Shown here: one piece after another, positions 25,335-38,166 of the stretch | How the letters are laid out: every line of letters starts with the position of its first letter | How positions within the stretch are numbered: the first letter of the stretch is position 1 | From: Octopus vulgaris | Lineage: Eukaryota | Assembly (NCBI GenBank): GCA_951406725.2 | Contig: OX597826.1 | Coordinates: 39,184,001 to 39,248,000, forward strand | Direction of reading: 5' to 3' | DNA: 64,000 bases | Program-made: the position numbers and the translations under genes | Notes under the pieces: generated by a model | The model's database searches: none | Seen by the model: only the letters and a program-made list of their open reading frames with translations | What the model was told of the DNA's origin: nothing

Positions 25335-26910
25335 CATTGCTTACCTTAAAAGCACATTGTCAAGAGACGGTGGTCTTGATGCAGAGATATACTATCGAAC
25401 TATCGAATTGGACAGGGAAGTGTTGCATTTGGAAAGCTGGAAAAGCGAATTTGGGTGGATGGAAGTATTTCCTTGAAGACAAAAATAAGTATCTATAAAA
25501 TGTCTGTAAAAACTGCAGTTCTTTAATTGAGTGAGATGTGGACCACTCAGTTGTCATATGAAAATGCTGGAGAGATTTCACTAAAAGTGCCTCAGACGTG
25601 ACTTGGGAGTCAAGTGGGAATATTTCATACCAGATACAGAAGTTTTGCGGGTGTTATTTTGGCGTGTGATCTACAAGGGAGGTTACTTTAGGTTACATTT
25701 TAGTTTACTTTTCAATTTCTAAAAACCCATAAGATGTTCGCTAAAGATTTTTACAATGTGATCAGCGACGAGACGAAGGCAGTTGAATTTCTACAAGAAA
25801 CCAGCACTAAATTCACATCATTTCTTAAGAAAATGAAAAGTGCTACTTTCGCGTGTGATCTACAATTTGCTGTGGTGGGTGATCTATGCGCTTATTTTAA
25901 TTATCATATGGTTTTCTTATTAAAATAGTAAGAATTTTGAAAAAAATACATTTACAATGCTAAGTATGTACAAAATAATTTATTTAAAAAAATTGAATAG
26001 CAATTTGATAATAAAGATGAAATATAAATTTGAATAATTTTATCAATGAATTCAGCGAACATCTAGAAACATAAGAAAAAGGTCTTCAGTACTTTTCCTC
26101 ATCCGTAGCCAACAGAAATAGTCAAGGTGAGATTGAAAGGTTCTTTGGTTCACTCCTCTCATCTTTTTCAAATTATGAATTTTCGAATCCAACCAGGTTC
26201 TTTCAATTGCTTCAGTATTGGTTCCAGTATTTGGATCAACATATCTTTGGTGGTTGACAGTAGAATAGTGGAAATTTAGATGATTTAGTTTGGAGTATGC
26301 TGGCCATTCGTTGGAATGAATAACCGAATTTTCTGCAACTTCTCTTTGGATTATGGGTTCAAGTGCGTAAGCACATTGTAGCTCAACTGAACAACATGTT
26401 ATCTTGGCTCAAATGAGATGGGTTGGATATGTTATTCATTAGAATGAAAGATGAGCGATTGCCAAAACGTCTTTGTTTGGTGAGCTCAACTCTGGTAAGC
26501 GACTGCAACGTAAGCCAAGGAAAAGTTATAAAGACTGTGTGAAGGGAAACCCGAAGAAACTAGACATGAACATGGGTGAGTGGGAAACTGATGCTCTGGC
26601 TCGGAATAAGTGGAGAAGTGCTGTTAGTACTGGTTGCAATGGCTGGAAGGAAAAGATGATTCAGCGCTCTGAGCTTAAAAGGGCCTATCGGAAAGGGACA
26701 AGTGGAACTGAAACCAGCAGTAAATATTGGATATGTATTGTGTGCAATGGGGTTTAGTTGTCAAAATCAAAATAAAGAAATTTGAATATCTTTCACTTGT
26801 ATTTTAAATCCTGTCAGTCAGCAGCTGGTCTTAAAAGTCATCTAAGGGCTTATCAACGGAGTGATTGTGCAGTGTGTGTGTTGACGGTTATCACCTATCA
26901 AGATGAAGCA
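25335..26910 (+). pseudogene. RTE-type LINE 3' fragment interrupted by Merlin-like pieces
   Basis: YLKSTLSRDGGLDAEI, RMKDERLPKRLLFGELNSGKR, C-terminal CIVC..C..AAGLKSHLR zinc knuckle. Confidence 0.75.
25661..26340. mobile_element. Merlin/IS1595-like DNA transposon fragments in opposite orientations
   Basis: Terminal motif GCGTGTGATCTACAA at ~25662 and ~25851; plus-strand MFAKDFYNVISDETKAVEFLQE; minus-strand IERTWLDSK...MRGV..FQSHLDYFCW. Confidence 0.55.
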
Positions 26911-26996
<86 letters not shown>

Positions 26997-26998
<2 letters not shown>

Positions 26999-27353
26999 CG
27001 CAGGAGTGGCTGTGCGGTAAGTAGCTTGCTTACCAACCACATGGTTCCGGGTTCAGTCCCACTGCGTGGCACCTTGGGCAAGTGTCCTCTACTATAAGCC
27101 TTGTAGAGTGGATTTGGTAGATGGAAACTGAAAGAAGCCCGTCGTATATATGTGTTTGTTTGTCACCCCAACATCGCTTGTCAACTGATGCTGGTGTGTT
27201 TATGTCACTGTAACTTAGTGATTCGGCAAAAGAGACCGATAAGTACTAGGCTTACAAAGAGTATGTCCCGGGGGTCGATTTCCTTGACTAAAGGCGGTGC
27301 TCCAGCATGGCCGTAGTCAAATGCCTGAAACAAGTAAAAGAGAAAAAAAAAGA
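26997..27353 (+). mobile_element. SINE family A with internal deletions, directly after (TA)n
   Basis: Homology to other family A copies. Confidence 0.85.
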
Positions 27354-27809
27354 GTATATATATATATAAATATCGAAAGAGAGAGAGAGAGAGAGAGGAA
27401 GCTAAAACAGCTATCAACCTAAATTTTAGCCACTGGACTACAAACAAACGACTCCTGTCCACCCTCCCACCAGACAGATTAAATTTGGAGTGCCTTGATT
27501 ATAATTAAACATGTTCACTAAACCGCGTCAGCCTTCTTTTTAAGCACAAAATATCCTGTCACGTGACGCTAACGCATGAACATAGCGGGAAACGTACAAA
27601 AGGTTAATCACGTGTTCATTCTCTACCAACACTTGACAGAAAACATTCAGAGCATTGATTGTTTTGACAAGTTCAGTCCACCGTGTCAACCTTAACTTAC
27701 GATGGCATTGTCATTTGATACCAACACATGAACTGCCTATAAAAATAGGGAAAGCTTCAAACACTAGTCAAAAGCAAGTCAGCTGTAACATCTTTCTATT
27801 TGAACTTTT

Positions 27810-28820
27810 GGATCTTTTCTTTTTGATGGACGGAATTTTCTACTCAACTAAACAATTTGAAACTTCGTATACTTGTAGAATGTGTCAAAAGAAAACGTTA
27901 TTGTAAACAAACTTGTAATTTGTAACTTTAACGTAGTTTAATTCTTCGAATTTTAACCAATGAAATCCCAGCATTTGAGCTGAAATCATTTGCTGCGTCT
28001 AAAAACTCACATACACACACGTCTTATTCATCCTTTTCTCTTCTGTCTTCTGTCTTCTGCATGTGCTAGAAATAACAGCTATATCTCTTAAATCGATGAA
28101 TTTCGTCGCCCAAAATAAATATTAACAATATGGTTTTGAAAGTCCAGAAACAACAAAAACAAAACAATAATATGCCTAAAGCGGTCTAGAGTTTGCGCGT
28201 GGAGTGTGAGTCGTATTGTAAAAATTTGCGAAATATTTTTTCATAAAAGGATACCCCAGCTTGTCGGAAGGTGTGATATAAATTGGGAAAAAAATCCTCG
28301 ACACCAGTGCGTAATTGGTACTTAATTTATCGACCCCGAAACGATGAAACATTGACCCCCCCCCTTCTGGTTTATTTACCTTTTGTGTAAATTTGTTGCG
28401 GCAAGGGGCAACTCACGAACGTGTACCTATGCTTGTGTGTGTATGTATATTTCCGTTTGTATGTGTGTGTACGCTTATATATTAATTGCTATGTGTTTGT
28501 GCAAATGTATATGCATGTGTTTGAGAGAGAGAGAGAGAGTGTGTGTGTGTGTCGTGCGTCTGCTATGTCTGTTTATCAATATCGATAACGCAGCAAATGA
28601 TTTGAGCTCAAATGCTGGGATTTCATTGGTTAAAATTCGAAGATGTTGGGATTTCATTGGTTAAAATTCGAAGAATTAAACTACGTTAAAGTTACAAATT
28701 ACAATTTTGTTTTCAATTTTGTTTACAATAATGTTTTCTTTTGACACGTTCTACCAGTATACGAAGTTTCAAATTTTTTAGTTAACTAGAAAATTCCGCC
28801 CATCAAAAGGAAAAAGATTC
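27810..28820. mobile_element. ~1-kb non-autonomous DNA transposon with ~190-bp TIRs and 8-bp TSD
   Basis: Ends GGATCTTTTC / AAAAAGATTC, long complementary arms, TSD GAACTTTT at 27802-27809 and 28821-28828; related to 11494-11911. Confidence 0.85.
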
Positions 28821-28823
28821 GAA

Positions 28824-28862
28824 CTTTTTGAAAGTCAGTGTAAACTGTGAAACCGGTTAAAG
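28824..28862 (+). ncRNA. Hammerhead-like motif, U3 variant
   Basis: CTTT-TTGAAAG-TCAG(TGTAAA)CTGT-GAAA-CCGG-TT-AAAG. Confidence 0.5.
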
Positions 28863-28884
28863 CTTTAAATGTATTAGAAAAAAA

Positions 28885-28941
<57 letters not shown>

Positions 28942-28942
<1 letters not shown>

Positions 28943-29082
28943 TTTATATAAAGCAGCAGAAAATTCAGCAAAACCTGTTACTCTGAGTTTCCCGTTGCCG
29001 TTCATCAAAAACTGTCCGATGAACGGCAACGGGAAACTCAGAGTAACAGGTTTTGTTGAATTTTCTGCTGCTTTATATAAAG
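28942..29082. repeat. 65-bp near-perfect inverted repeat (11-nt spacer) made of an inverted hammerhead-bearing terminal repeat
   Basis: 28942-29006 is the reverse complement of 29018-29082 with one mismatch. Confidence 0.95.
29012..29049 (+). ncRNA. Type I hammerhead-like motif
   Basis: CTGT-CCGATGA-A-CG(GCAA)CG-G-GAAA-CTC(A)GAG-TA-ACAG; GUA site. Confidence 0.7.
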
Positions 29083-29152
29083 CATATTACTCTACCACTG
29101 GTATTTGAGTACTCTTTTTTTCCACCTTGTTTCACATTTATGTGTTTACTCC

Positions 29153-29223
<71 letters not shown>

Positions 29224-29529
29224 TTTATAATAACGGTAATAGGATTATTAATGAAAACCAGATTAAAGATAGTAATAATAATACCAATTTTAAAAACGCT
29301 AAGATGATTAATCCATATTCTATTGAAATCGCCACTAGGAAAGTAAATAATAATGAAAAGGAAACTATTCAATTAAATGATCCTATAAATCCTATAACTA
29401 ATAGACAGGCGCACATGGTGATTAGAAAGAGTAGCAACTATTATGAAAACAGTAATAATAAATATAATAAGCAAAAATATAAAACAAACACAAACATTAT
29501 AAAATCTAATAATAAAACCGAAGATAACC

Positions 29530-29905
29530 TTACACACGGAAAATGTGATTGTGCTAGGAGAACGCAATGCAAATTTTAAAATAACTGTAAAGTAGGAAAT
29601 ATTGTCTATAGATGTGTAGTCACAACAGATAAAAATAAAAATAAGTGTTAGCTCATGCATTATAAAACAAAGAATAGAAAAAAATAATGAAAGTTCGTTT
29701 AGAAATAATACTAGAAAATTTTCAACAAGTCTTAGCAAGCTTAAGAATAAAAACATTAGATATTCATTAAAATGGGAAACTATTAGTACTGCGAAACCTT
29801 ATAAAATAAAGGATGAAAGATGCAATCCATGGCTGGAGGAATTATACCAAATATTTACTTTGAAAAATAAATTAGTTAACACTAAACAAGAAAGAATCTT
29901 TAATT
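29530..29905 (+). pseudogene. Penelope-like GIY-YIG endonuclease remnant
   Basis: KCDCARRTQC...CKVGNIVYRCVV...SFR...STSLSK...YSLKWETISTAKPY....RCN.WLEE...LVNTKQE; resembles the CNC..CPL..C..IVY..RCNLCL.EK pattern. Confidence 0.7.
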
Positions 29906-30071
29906 GATTAAACAATGTTTTCTTTGTAAAAAAATTGAGTTACAGAATGCATTAATTTATATAATTTCAGTAAATTTTTTTCTCTAAACATAACTATAAT
30001 AACTATACTAATAAAGATACATATAAAGAATATAAGAATAGAATTCAATTTATAAGATTATATTTATTATA

Positions 30072-31374
30072 TTGGGTTGGCAACTAATTTCCTGCGGTTT
30101 TTTAAAATTTAAAATTTCTAAAAGGTTTAATAGAAAAATAACAACTAATTAATCAATATTGAATTCACCCTTGTTGTTTACAACTTCTTCCCAAAGTTCA
30201 ACAAGATTTTCAATACCTCGTTGGTAGAAATCACCCGATTTCGACTCGAAAAATTGATCCAACCAAGCTCTCAATTCTGCATCAGTATTGAATGAAACTC
30301 CGCGAATAGCATTTGAAAGAGATCGAAAGAGGTGGAAATCTGTTGCTGCCAAATCAGGAGAGTACGGTAGGTGTGGTAGCACTTCCCAGCCATGCGTTTG
30401 AATGGCTTCCTTCGTCATATTGGCGATATGAGGGTGGGCATTGTTGTGCAGCAGAAGAACTCCGTGCTGCCGATTAGGTCTTTTCTCTTGAATAACTGTG
30501 TTGAATCGTTCCATCTGTTGAACATAGAATTCCGCGTTGACTGTTTTGGTTCCGTTCAAGCAATTCGTAATGGATGATCCCTTCCCAGTCCCACCATATG
30601 CACAACATCGTTTTACGCGGATGAAGATCTTATTTCACGCGTGGTGTCGCTTGTTTACCGGGGCTAAGCAATTCCTTAAGCTGCTTCATATTGATGTACA
30701 GGCACCATTTTTCATCGCCAGTAACGATTCGGTAAAGAAATCGTTGCTTGTGTCCATGTGCTGAGCGGTGACGAGCAAGCAAACCAGCGGAGATTGTGGC
30801 TCGTTGATTTTTGTTATTGTCACTTAAAGCATGCAGAACCCATGCTCCATACTTCTAAACCTTTCCCATCGTGTGAAGATGCTTCTCTATAGCAATGTTG
30901 GAGCATACCATTTTCTCTGCCAGTTCCCTTGTCGATTGATGAGAATTTTCGTGCAAAAGTTGGTTTGATCGCTCTTCATCGAACTTAACTGGACGGCCAG
31001 AACGAGGTGCGTCTTTGAAGTCAAAATTTCCATTTTTGAACTTGGCATACCAATCACGAGTGGTTCATTCAGCTATGGCACCCTTTCCATATACAGCACA
31101 AATGTCGTGAGTAGCTTTTGCGTCCTTAGAACCTTAATTAAAAGCAAAAAGAAGGTGTCGAAAATGTTCGTTTTTCCTTAACTTGACATTCCATTTTAAT
31201 GATCTGAAAATAAACAACAATTAACTAAAATTAACTAGAAAAAACAAAACAAGACAAAATAAATTCCAAAATGATTCAAAAATAGAATTCTCGAAAAAAA
31301 TAGATTCCAAAATTTAAAAACACAATAAATTCCAAAATTTAAAAAAAACGGCGGAAACTTAGTTGCCAACCCAA
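30072..31374 (-). mobile_element. Full-length mariner (D,D34D) element with inactivated transposase (ATG ~31194, stop ~30149)
   Basis: TIRs TTGGGTTGGCAACTAA at both ends, TA flanks; APRSGRP, WVLHAL, HNNAHPH, PYSPDLAATDFHLFRSL; frameshifts and stops. Confidence 0.92.
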
Positions 31375-32003
31375 TAATTTAGAAACACTTTAAAACAATA
31401 ATAATAAGAATTTAAATTATATCTGAATACTTCTTTTTAATTATTGCTTAGTAATTATCCACTACTACAATTAAATCCATTAAAATACCCTGTGACTATG
31501 AAGTATGTAAGTTTAATCAAAAATAAGTATTCTATAAGTAACCACTCCTGCCTAGCCAAGAACATTTGCAAACTTCAACAAACACTGCTGCTACTGCAAT
31601 TGATACTGCTACTGTTACTGAATTTTTTTCCAAAACAAACAGCTGAGAAAAACATCTCATACGGGAATGGCATGGTTTACTGCTACTACCAAGCCTAATT
31701 CAAACTAATAGCAGAGGAAACTTCCTCTATGAACAATGCCATACTTATATACCTTGAAGAGATCATACCAATAATGCATAAATCGCTGCATAATGAACAT
31801 GCAACTATATGAAGTAGGTGCGATCGAAGTACATGTTGGACTGTTATTACAAATAAACTAACTGGAAAAAAGCGTAAAGTTTGAATGTTCAAATTCTTCA
31901 TTCTCCTTATTATCAGTATTGTACTTGACACTCTAAGTAGCCAAGAAGAAAAGTAGGACACCGGAATTTGGTATCTGCCTGGATATTATATCCCTCCTCT
32001 TAC

Positions 32004-32066
<63 letters not shown>

Positions 32067-32204
32067 CCGTTTTTTTAACCCCCAGTAAAAAGAGAGTGCA
32101 TACGCGTGGGCCCATTGGAATCTGACAAGCCATCTGTAAAGCTAAGCGCTTCATGGATCCGAAACCGTCCGGGCATATATTTAATTTTATATATATATAT
32201 ATAT

Positions 32205-32370
32205 ATATCGCTAGCCACTACACATTCTTTATTTTCTCTCCTTTCTGTGTTCCTTTCTGTGGAAGAGCGTAGGCTCGAAACGTTAAAGACTTTTTCACTT
32301 CTCGAGCGTTAAACTAATACATCTGTTTGTTGTTTACATCACCTGACTTCGTCTTTTGTTTTTTTTGTAC
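32205..32370 (+). mobile_element. Short terminal-repeat element flanked by (TA)n with hammerhead-like motif at 32253-32288
   Basis: CTTT-CTGTGGA-AGAGC(GTAG)GCTC-GAAA-CG-TT-AAAG; A6 position is not canonical. Confidence 0.55.
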
Positions 32371-32534
32371 CCCCCTCCTATATATATACTGTGAAAATAA
32401 GGGTGGAAAATTTAGAAAAATGTTCATACTGGTAGCTAGCATGGAAAACGGACGTTAAATGATGATTATGATGATGATGATATATATATATATATATATA
32501 TATATTTATTTATTAATATTATATAAGTATTTGT

Positions 32535-32571
<37 letters not shown>

Positions 32572-32574
32572 CAC

Positions 32575-32760
32575 TTTTATTCTTTTACTTGTTTCAGTCA
32601 TTTGACTGGCCATGCTGGAGCACCACCTTTAGTCGAATAAATCAACTACGTGGCTTATTCTTTGTATCACCTCTTTTTTGCCGAACCGCTAAGTTATGGG
32701 GATGTAAACCCATCAACATCAGTTGTCATCAGTCGGGGGACAAGTACAGACACACAAATG
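32575..32760 (-). mobile_element. SINE family A 3' half (diverged)
   Basis: TTACTTGTTTCAGTCATTTGACT...GCCGAACCGCTAAG. Confidence 0.75.
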
Positions 32761-32788
32761 TACACCCCCACACACACACACACGCACA

Positions 32789-32826
<38 letters not shown>

Positions 32827-32889
32827 GCACATACACACGCACACACATATGTATTATTCATATGTACATATATATGTATGTGTATGTAC

Positions 32890-32937
<48 letters not shown>

Positions 32938-34485
32938 TTGTGTATATACACACTCACATACATTATGTGAATGATATTTTCAACCGAGATGCTACATCGC
33001 GTGTTCGAGTGCTTCAATTCTGTGTATTTACCTACATTTACTAGATTTCTGACAATCATTAATTGTGTTGATGTGCCATTTTCTATCATTAATAAATCTT
33101 ATCGGCATTTTTGACGACTCGGGTATGCTAGTATTTATATATTATGTAAGGTTGCTAGGAAACGCTCCTTAGTAACATGTGAATCATGTTAGTAACATGT
33201 GAGCCAGTACAATATATATGCTTAGGTTTGGAGAGAGTAGTGATTAAACCGTCATCCACTCCAATCTAACTTCTTGGACCAGGTAGCTTAAAACCCAGTA
33301 CTTATTTCTCGAACGACTGCCATTATCTTGCAATTGTAGCTACTGTACTGTTCCTCTCCTTTCTATATTCTCAATTCTCTCTTCTTTTACTTGTTCTCTA
33401 TAAATTCCCCATTGACTCCTTCCTTCATTTCTTATGTCATTTTGATCTCATTATTACTTTAAAGCCTTCTCTCTCCCCTTTTATACCGCGATGACACTTT
33501 ATATTCACATATATTGAGTATTTTCAACCTCCAAAATTTTATCTCTCCCGATGATTGAATTGTAAAGGAACTGTCTGGAACAGGTTGGGTCTTTTGCACT
33601 GTTTGGGTGCAACACAATTTCCTTCTTTGTTTCCAAAAACTACCGATGTCAGGAACAAGAAAGCAACCTTAGAAAATATGACACTTTATTTCGTTATTTA
33701 CATAAAGAAGGCACGTTAGTAAATTGGTAACCACTTGGTGTAGGTACAGCAAGACTGAAGTTAAACATTTGTAAAGATAAACCTCACAACAACTCCAGCA
33801 GCAACAGAGCCGGTCAAATCCCAAACGTCTGGGACAGGAGAATAGGCTGATAACACATTAAACACGTCTTCTCTCTTCAACGAATGCCACATAATGTTAG
33901 TTCCCAGTTTTTAGCGCATGTGCATTAGGGAACTTCCTTAGGCCTTTCCAGAAGGTTCCAGCCCCGCACACGCACACTGAAGAATGACGTCACTACAGAA
34001 TAAATTACCCTATAATTATAAATTAAGTTTGTGTTATTTGATATATGTCCTGGGTATGAAATTAAAACTACATCTGGTAGCGAGGCTTCAGTCCGGGAGT
34101 TCTGGAGTTGTGGTCGGGTTCCATTTATAGGTTAAATGGATTTTGTAAGGGCAGATTGAGCTCTATGGCTGTGGTGAAAGCAATCAAACTAGAAGAAGGA
34201 AAGCTCCAAAATTAATACCCTCTTCCAACATGCTCTAAACCAGCACGGAAGAGCATGGCTAATGGCAATAACGCAAGGTGTGCCCAATAAAATAGATTCG
34301 TACTATCTCATGTTAGCGCGCATTCTACTGCAGGTGAAGATAGCGTGAAACGATGATTTGATATACATTTGCTAACATTAATTAAGCACAATGCATACAC
34401 AACGCACACTACTGTACTCACTGATCAGTGAATTTCAGAAACAGGCGGGAAGGATTGCCTAGATTCTCGACTCTTTTATCTGTGA

Positions 34486-34998
34486 TTAGCAGTATCGCCC
34501 GGCGTTGCTCGGGTTTGTAAGGGAAATAACTATATAAGCATTTTTAGAGAGTTACTTCCCTTATAGATGCCAATTCGGGCTTTCTTAGCCATTTCTATTT
34601 TGGTGTCTTCAAGCCATGAAGTCGTTGTTCTAAAAGAACGCTGGTCTCCTTGACAACGCTTTACGACGTTGATTTCCTTACACTCCCTTCCCCACAGTTT
34701 CACGAGGGAGGGAAGAAGGGGGAGAAGCAAACAGGTGCAGGTGTGACCATGGACGCCAACTCCGCCGCCATCGACACACGAAAAATTATGCATTAAAATG
34801 GAATAAAAAATGATGTTAAATTATTTTTTAAATCGTAGACTCATCGTAGACGCGCGCTAATACTCAGACGGGCTCGATATGAATCACGACTATAAGATAC
34901 CCGAATTTGGTTAAACTGCACCGCAAAATGTGGGAGTAGTTAGGAATCTAAATCGAAGGGGACAGACACTCACACAACTACAGTTTTATATATATAGA
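34486..34998 (-). mobile_element. Non-autonomous Helitron
   Basis: Minus strand starts TCTATATATATAAAAC, ends with hairpin CCCG(AGCAACGC)CGGG then GCTAA (CTAG-like); inserted between A and T with no TSD. Confidence 0.75.
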
Positions 34999-35741
34999 TA
35001 TAAGAGTATCAACTCTCCGGATATTTACCTACCTATGAAGAACTACTCTGGTCTTTCTTTTAGCTCTTTTATTGCTTAATCATATTTATTTAATTATGTA
35101 TTGCCAACTGAGCAAGGATACTCAAAGATCCCTTGAAACCTAGATCATTGAACACTCGCTAGGAGATTTACAGCCCTTGAATCCATTTCAATGCTACTTG
35201 CTGCAAACATTGGATTCCCTGTTCTCCGATTAGACACAGAAGGGTCTGTAGCGTACGCTTGAAGGAAATTCCTATCTCTTTGTTATATATACATAAATAT
35301 GAACGTAGTGGATAAGAGCTAGCCTTCGGCCAAGCAGCCTAAGGAATCCCTGTTCTTGCTTCCTTTGGCACACAAGAAATTAGTCCAAGGGAGATAAACA
35401 ATCCCCACTGACCCCCGGACTATTTATTCTTTGGTGACTAAATGACCAAATAACCATAACGGATTCCTGCCTCCCAGAGGTGAAGAGTTACATTTGTCTT
35501 CGGTTTTAGAGTTTGGCGAGACGTTCATGGGCTAGGTCCTTTGTGGATGCAAGACCATTGATCACTCTATGACCGGACATAGACTTAACTGTGTGTGTGT
35601 GTGTGTCTGTGTATAAGAAATAATGCTAAACACAAGTTTACTATAGTTGTTTGGAGCCCAGCTATAAGTGTTCCTAGTGTATTTAGATATTCAACCACAG
35701 CAAATCACCAGGAAACATTTTATTGCATTAAGTTACAGATG

Positions 35742-35774
<33 letters not shown>

Positions 35775-36070
35775 CGCGTACAGTTAGATGTACGACTACT
35801 GCTCTATGATTTAGACCTTCAAGTAGTCAGACGTAAATACACCAACACCGGTTGTCAAGTGGTGATGAAGGACAAATTCGGGTATACACACACACACACA
35901 CAGGGTTTCCTTTAAACCCTGTTACTTATTCTATCGGTCATTTTTGCCGAACCGCTAAGTCATAGGGACGTAAACACACCAACACTAGTTGTTAAATGGT
36001 GATAAGGAACAAATACGGTACACCACACATGTACACACGCATATGCACGCGCCGCACACACACACGCACG

Positions 36071-36149
<79 letters not shown>

Positions 36150-36270
36150 AAAACACTTTCCAAAATGCCAGACGGGACTGAACTCGGAAGCAAACCTCTT
36201 ATCCACGTCAGCACCTATGGATCTCCGAGCCTCCAGAAACAGCTGTTGGATCTATTAATATAAATATCTA

Positions 36271-36657
36271 TGGAGGCGCAACGACCCAGTGGTTAGGGCA
36301 GCGGACTCGCGGTCGTAGGATCGCGGTTTCGATTCCCAGACCGGGCGTTGTGAGTGTTTATTGAGCGAAAACACCTAAAGCTCCACGAGGCTCCGGCAGG
36401 GGATGGTGGTGATCCCTGCTGTACTCTTTCACCACAACTTTCTCTTACTCTTTCTTCCTGTTTCTGTTGTACCTGTATTTCAAAGGGCCGGCCTTGTCAC
36501 TCTCTGTGTCACGCTGAATATCCCCGAGAACTACGTTAAGGGTACACGTGTCTGTGGAGTGCTCACCCACTTACTTACACGTTAATTTCACGAGCAGGCT
36601 GTTCCGTTGATCGGATCAACCGGAACCCTCGTCGTCGTAACCGACGGAGTGCTTCCA
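36271..36657 (+). mobile_element. SINE family D, full-length tRNA-derived SINE
   Basis: tRNA-like head with GACCCAGTGG and GGTTTCGATTCCC; 11-bp TSD ATAAATATCTA at 36260-36270 and 36658-36668. Confidence 0.85.
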
Positions 36658-36708
36658 ATAAATATCTATATATTTATACTTAAATCTCTCTCTCTCTATA
36701 TATCTCTT

Positions 36709-36779
<71 letters not shown>

Positions 36780-37521
36780 TTATATATTACAAATAATAAG
36801 ATTCGTTGAAATTAGAATGTATGTTCCTCCAGCAAACTCAGAACGTAAACGCCTGTAACAAAATACTATGAAGGAATTTTGTTCGGTGCTCTAGAGACTC
36901 TGCCATTTCATTTTCTGAGCTCGTTATCAACAACAAAACCAACAACGACAACTAGCGCCAGTAGAAGTGACTTTCATTCTTCCCTTTAATTCCTATTCGG
37001 AAATTTTGAATCTTATAGCAATGAAATAATTTTATTCGCCAAGATGCAAAAGGGTAAGGGAAGTAACTCTCGCAGCTAACTCTTTTACATTTAACCATAG
37101 TTTTCTCCCTTTACCACCTGTTTATTCACAGAGCACATTAACTTCTTCATATGTACCTATGAGTCATATAGTAATATTGCGAGACAAAGGCCATGTGTTT
37201 TCGTTACATACATACCCATGCACTAACATAAAATAACAAAAATATATTTCCTATAGACATACACTCTCATAGACACACACATCTACATACGTACTCTGAA
37301 ACAACGACCCTCCTCCCCGTATTCATAAATATATTTTCGCCTACATCTAACATACTATTAACAACAGCCAATTGTTTGCGTTTGCGATAAAAATGTGTTT
37401 CTAATGTTACACTGAGATGGGGAAAGTTGTGCATATCTGAGAGAGACTATTTATGTGAAACTCACACCAGCGTCCCACCGAACGTCCTACTTACACACTT
37501 CCTCTTTTGCAGATTACCCTC

Positions 37522-37722
37522 TCTCTTTTACTCTTTTATTTGTTACAGTCATTTGACTGCGGCCATGCTGGAGCACCGCCTTTGGTCGAGCAAATCGACC
37601 CCAGGACTTATTCTTTGTAAGTATAGTACTTATTCAATCGGTCTCTCTTGCCGAACTGCTAAGTTACGGGAACGTAAACACACCAGCATCGGTTGTTAAG
37701 CGATGTTGCGGGGACAAACACA

Positions 37723-37778
<56 letters not shown>

Positions 37779-37940
37779 TGTATATACATATACATATATA
37801 CGACGGGCTTCTTTCAGTTTCCGTCTACCAAATCCACTCACAAGGCTTTGGTCGGCCCGAGGCTATAGTAGAAGACACTTGTCCAAGGTGCCACGCAGTG
37901 GGACTGAACCCGGAACCATGTGGTAGGTAAGCAAGCTACT
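37522..37940 (-). mobile_element. SINE family A, slightly 5'-truncated
   Basis: Reverse complement of family A with an internal (CA)n. Confidence 0.9.
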
Positions 37941-38109
37941 TAAAAAAAATTTATATCATTTTACTAATACTGTTAGCATCACCACGGACGCCATCATTTG
38001 AAATCAACGAGGAGACTATTTGGATGATCTATTTGTTAGAAATCACGCCTTGTTATTGAGGAACAGTGAAGAATAAAGCCCGAGATACAGTGATCAGATA
38101 ACTAATTGT

Positions 38110-38135
38110 TCATGTGTGTGTGTGTGTATGTATGA

Positions 38136-38166
<31 letters not shown>

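Larger units (their letters stand above)
27398..28885 (+). mobile_element. Penelope-type 3' UTR/terminal repeat split by a MITE
   Basis: 27398-27809 plus 28821-28885 aligns with 54603-55170, which follows a GIY-YIG remnant. Confidence 0.75.

Noticed and set aside
29127-29579. 150-aa Asn-rich ORF
   Set aside because: Starts within (TA)n and ends at a stop inside the Penelope endonuclease remnant; not an independent gene.
32110-32176. GAAACCGTCCGGGC resembling a hammerhead 3' half
   Set aside because: No matching core or stem I upstream.
33647-33997. Possible solo LTR (TG...CA)
   Set aside because: No matching TSD and no second copy in the window.
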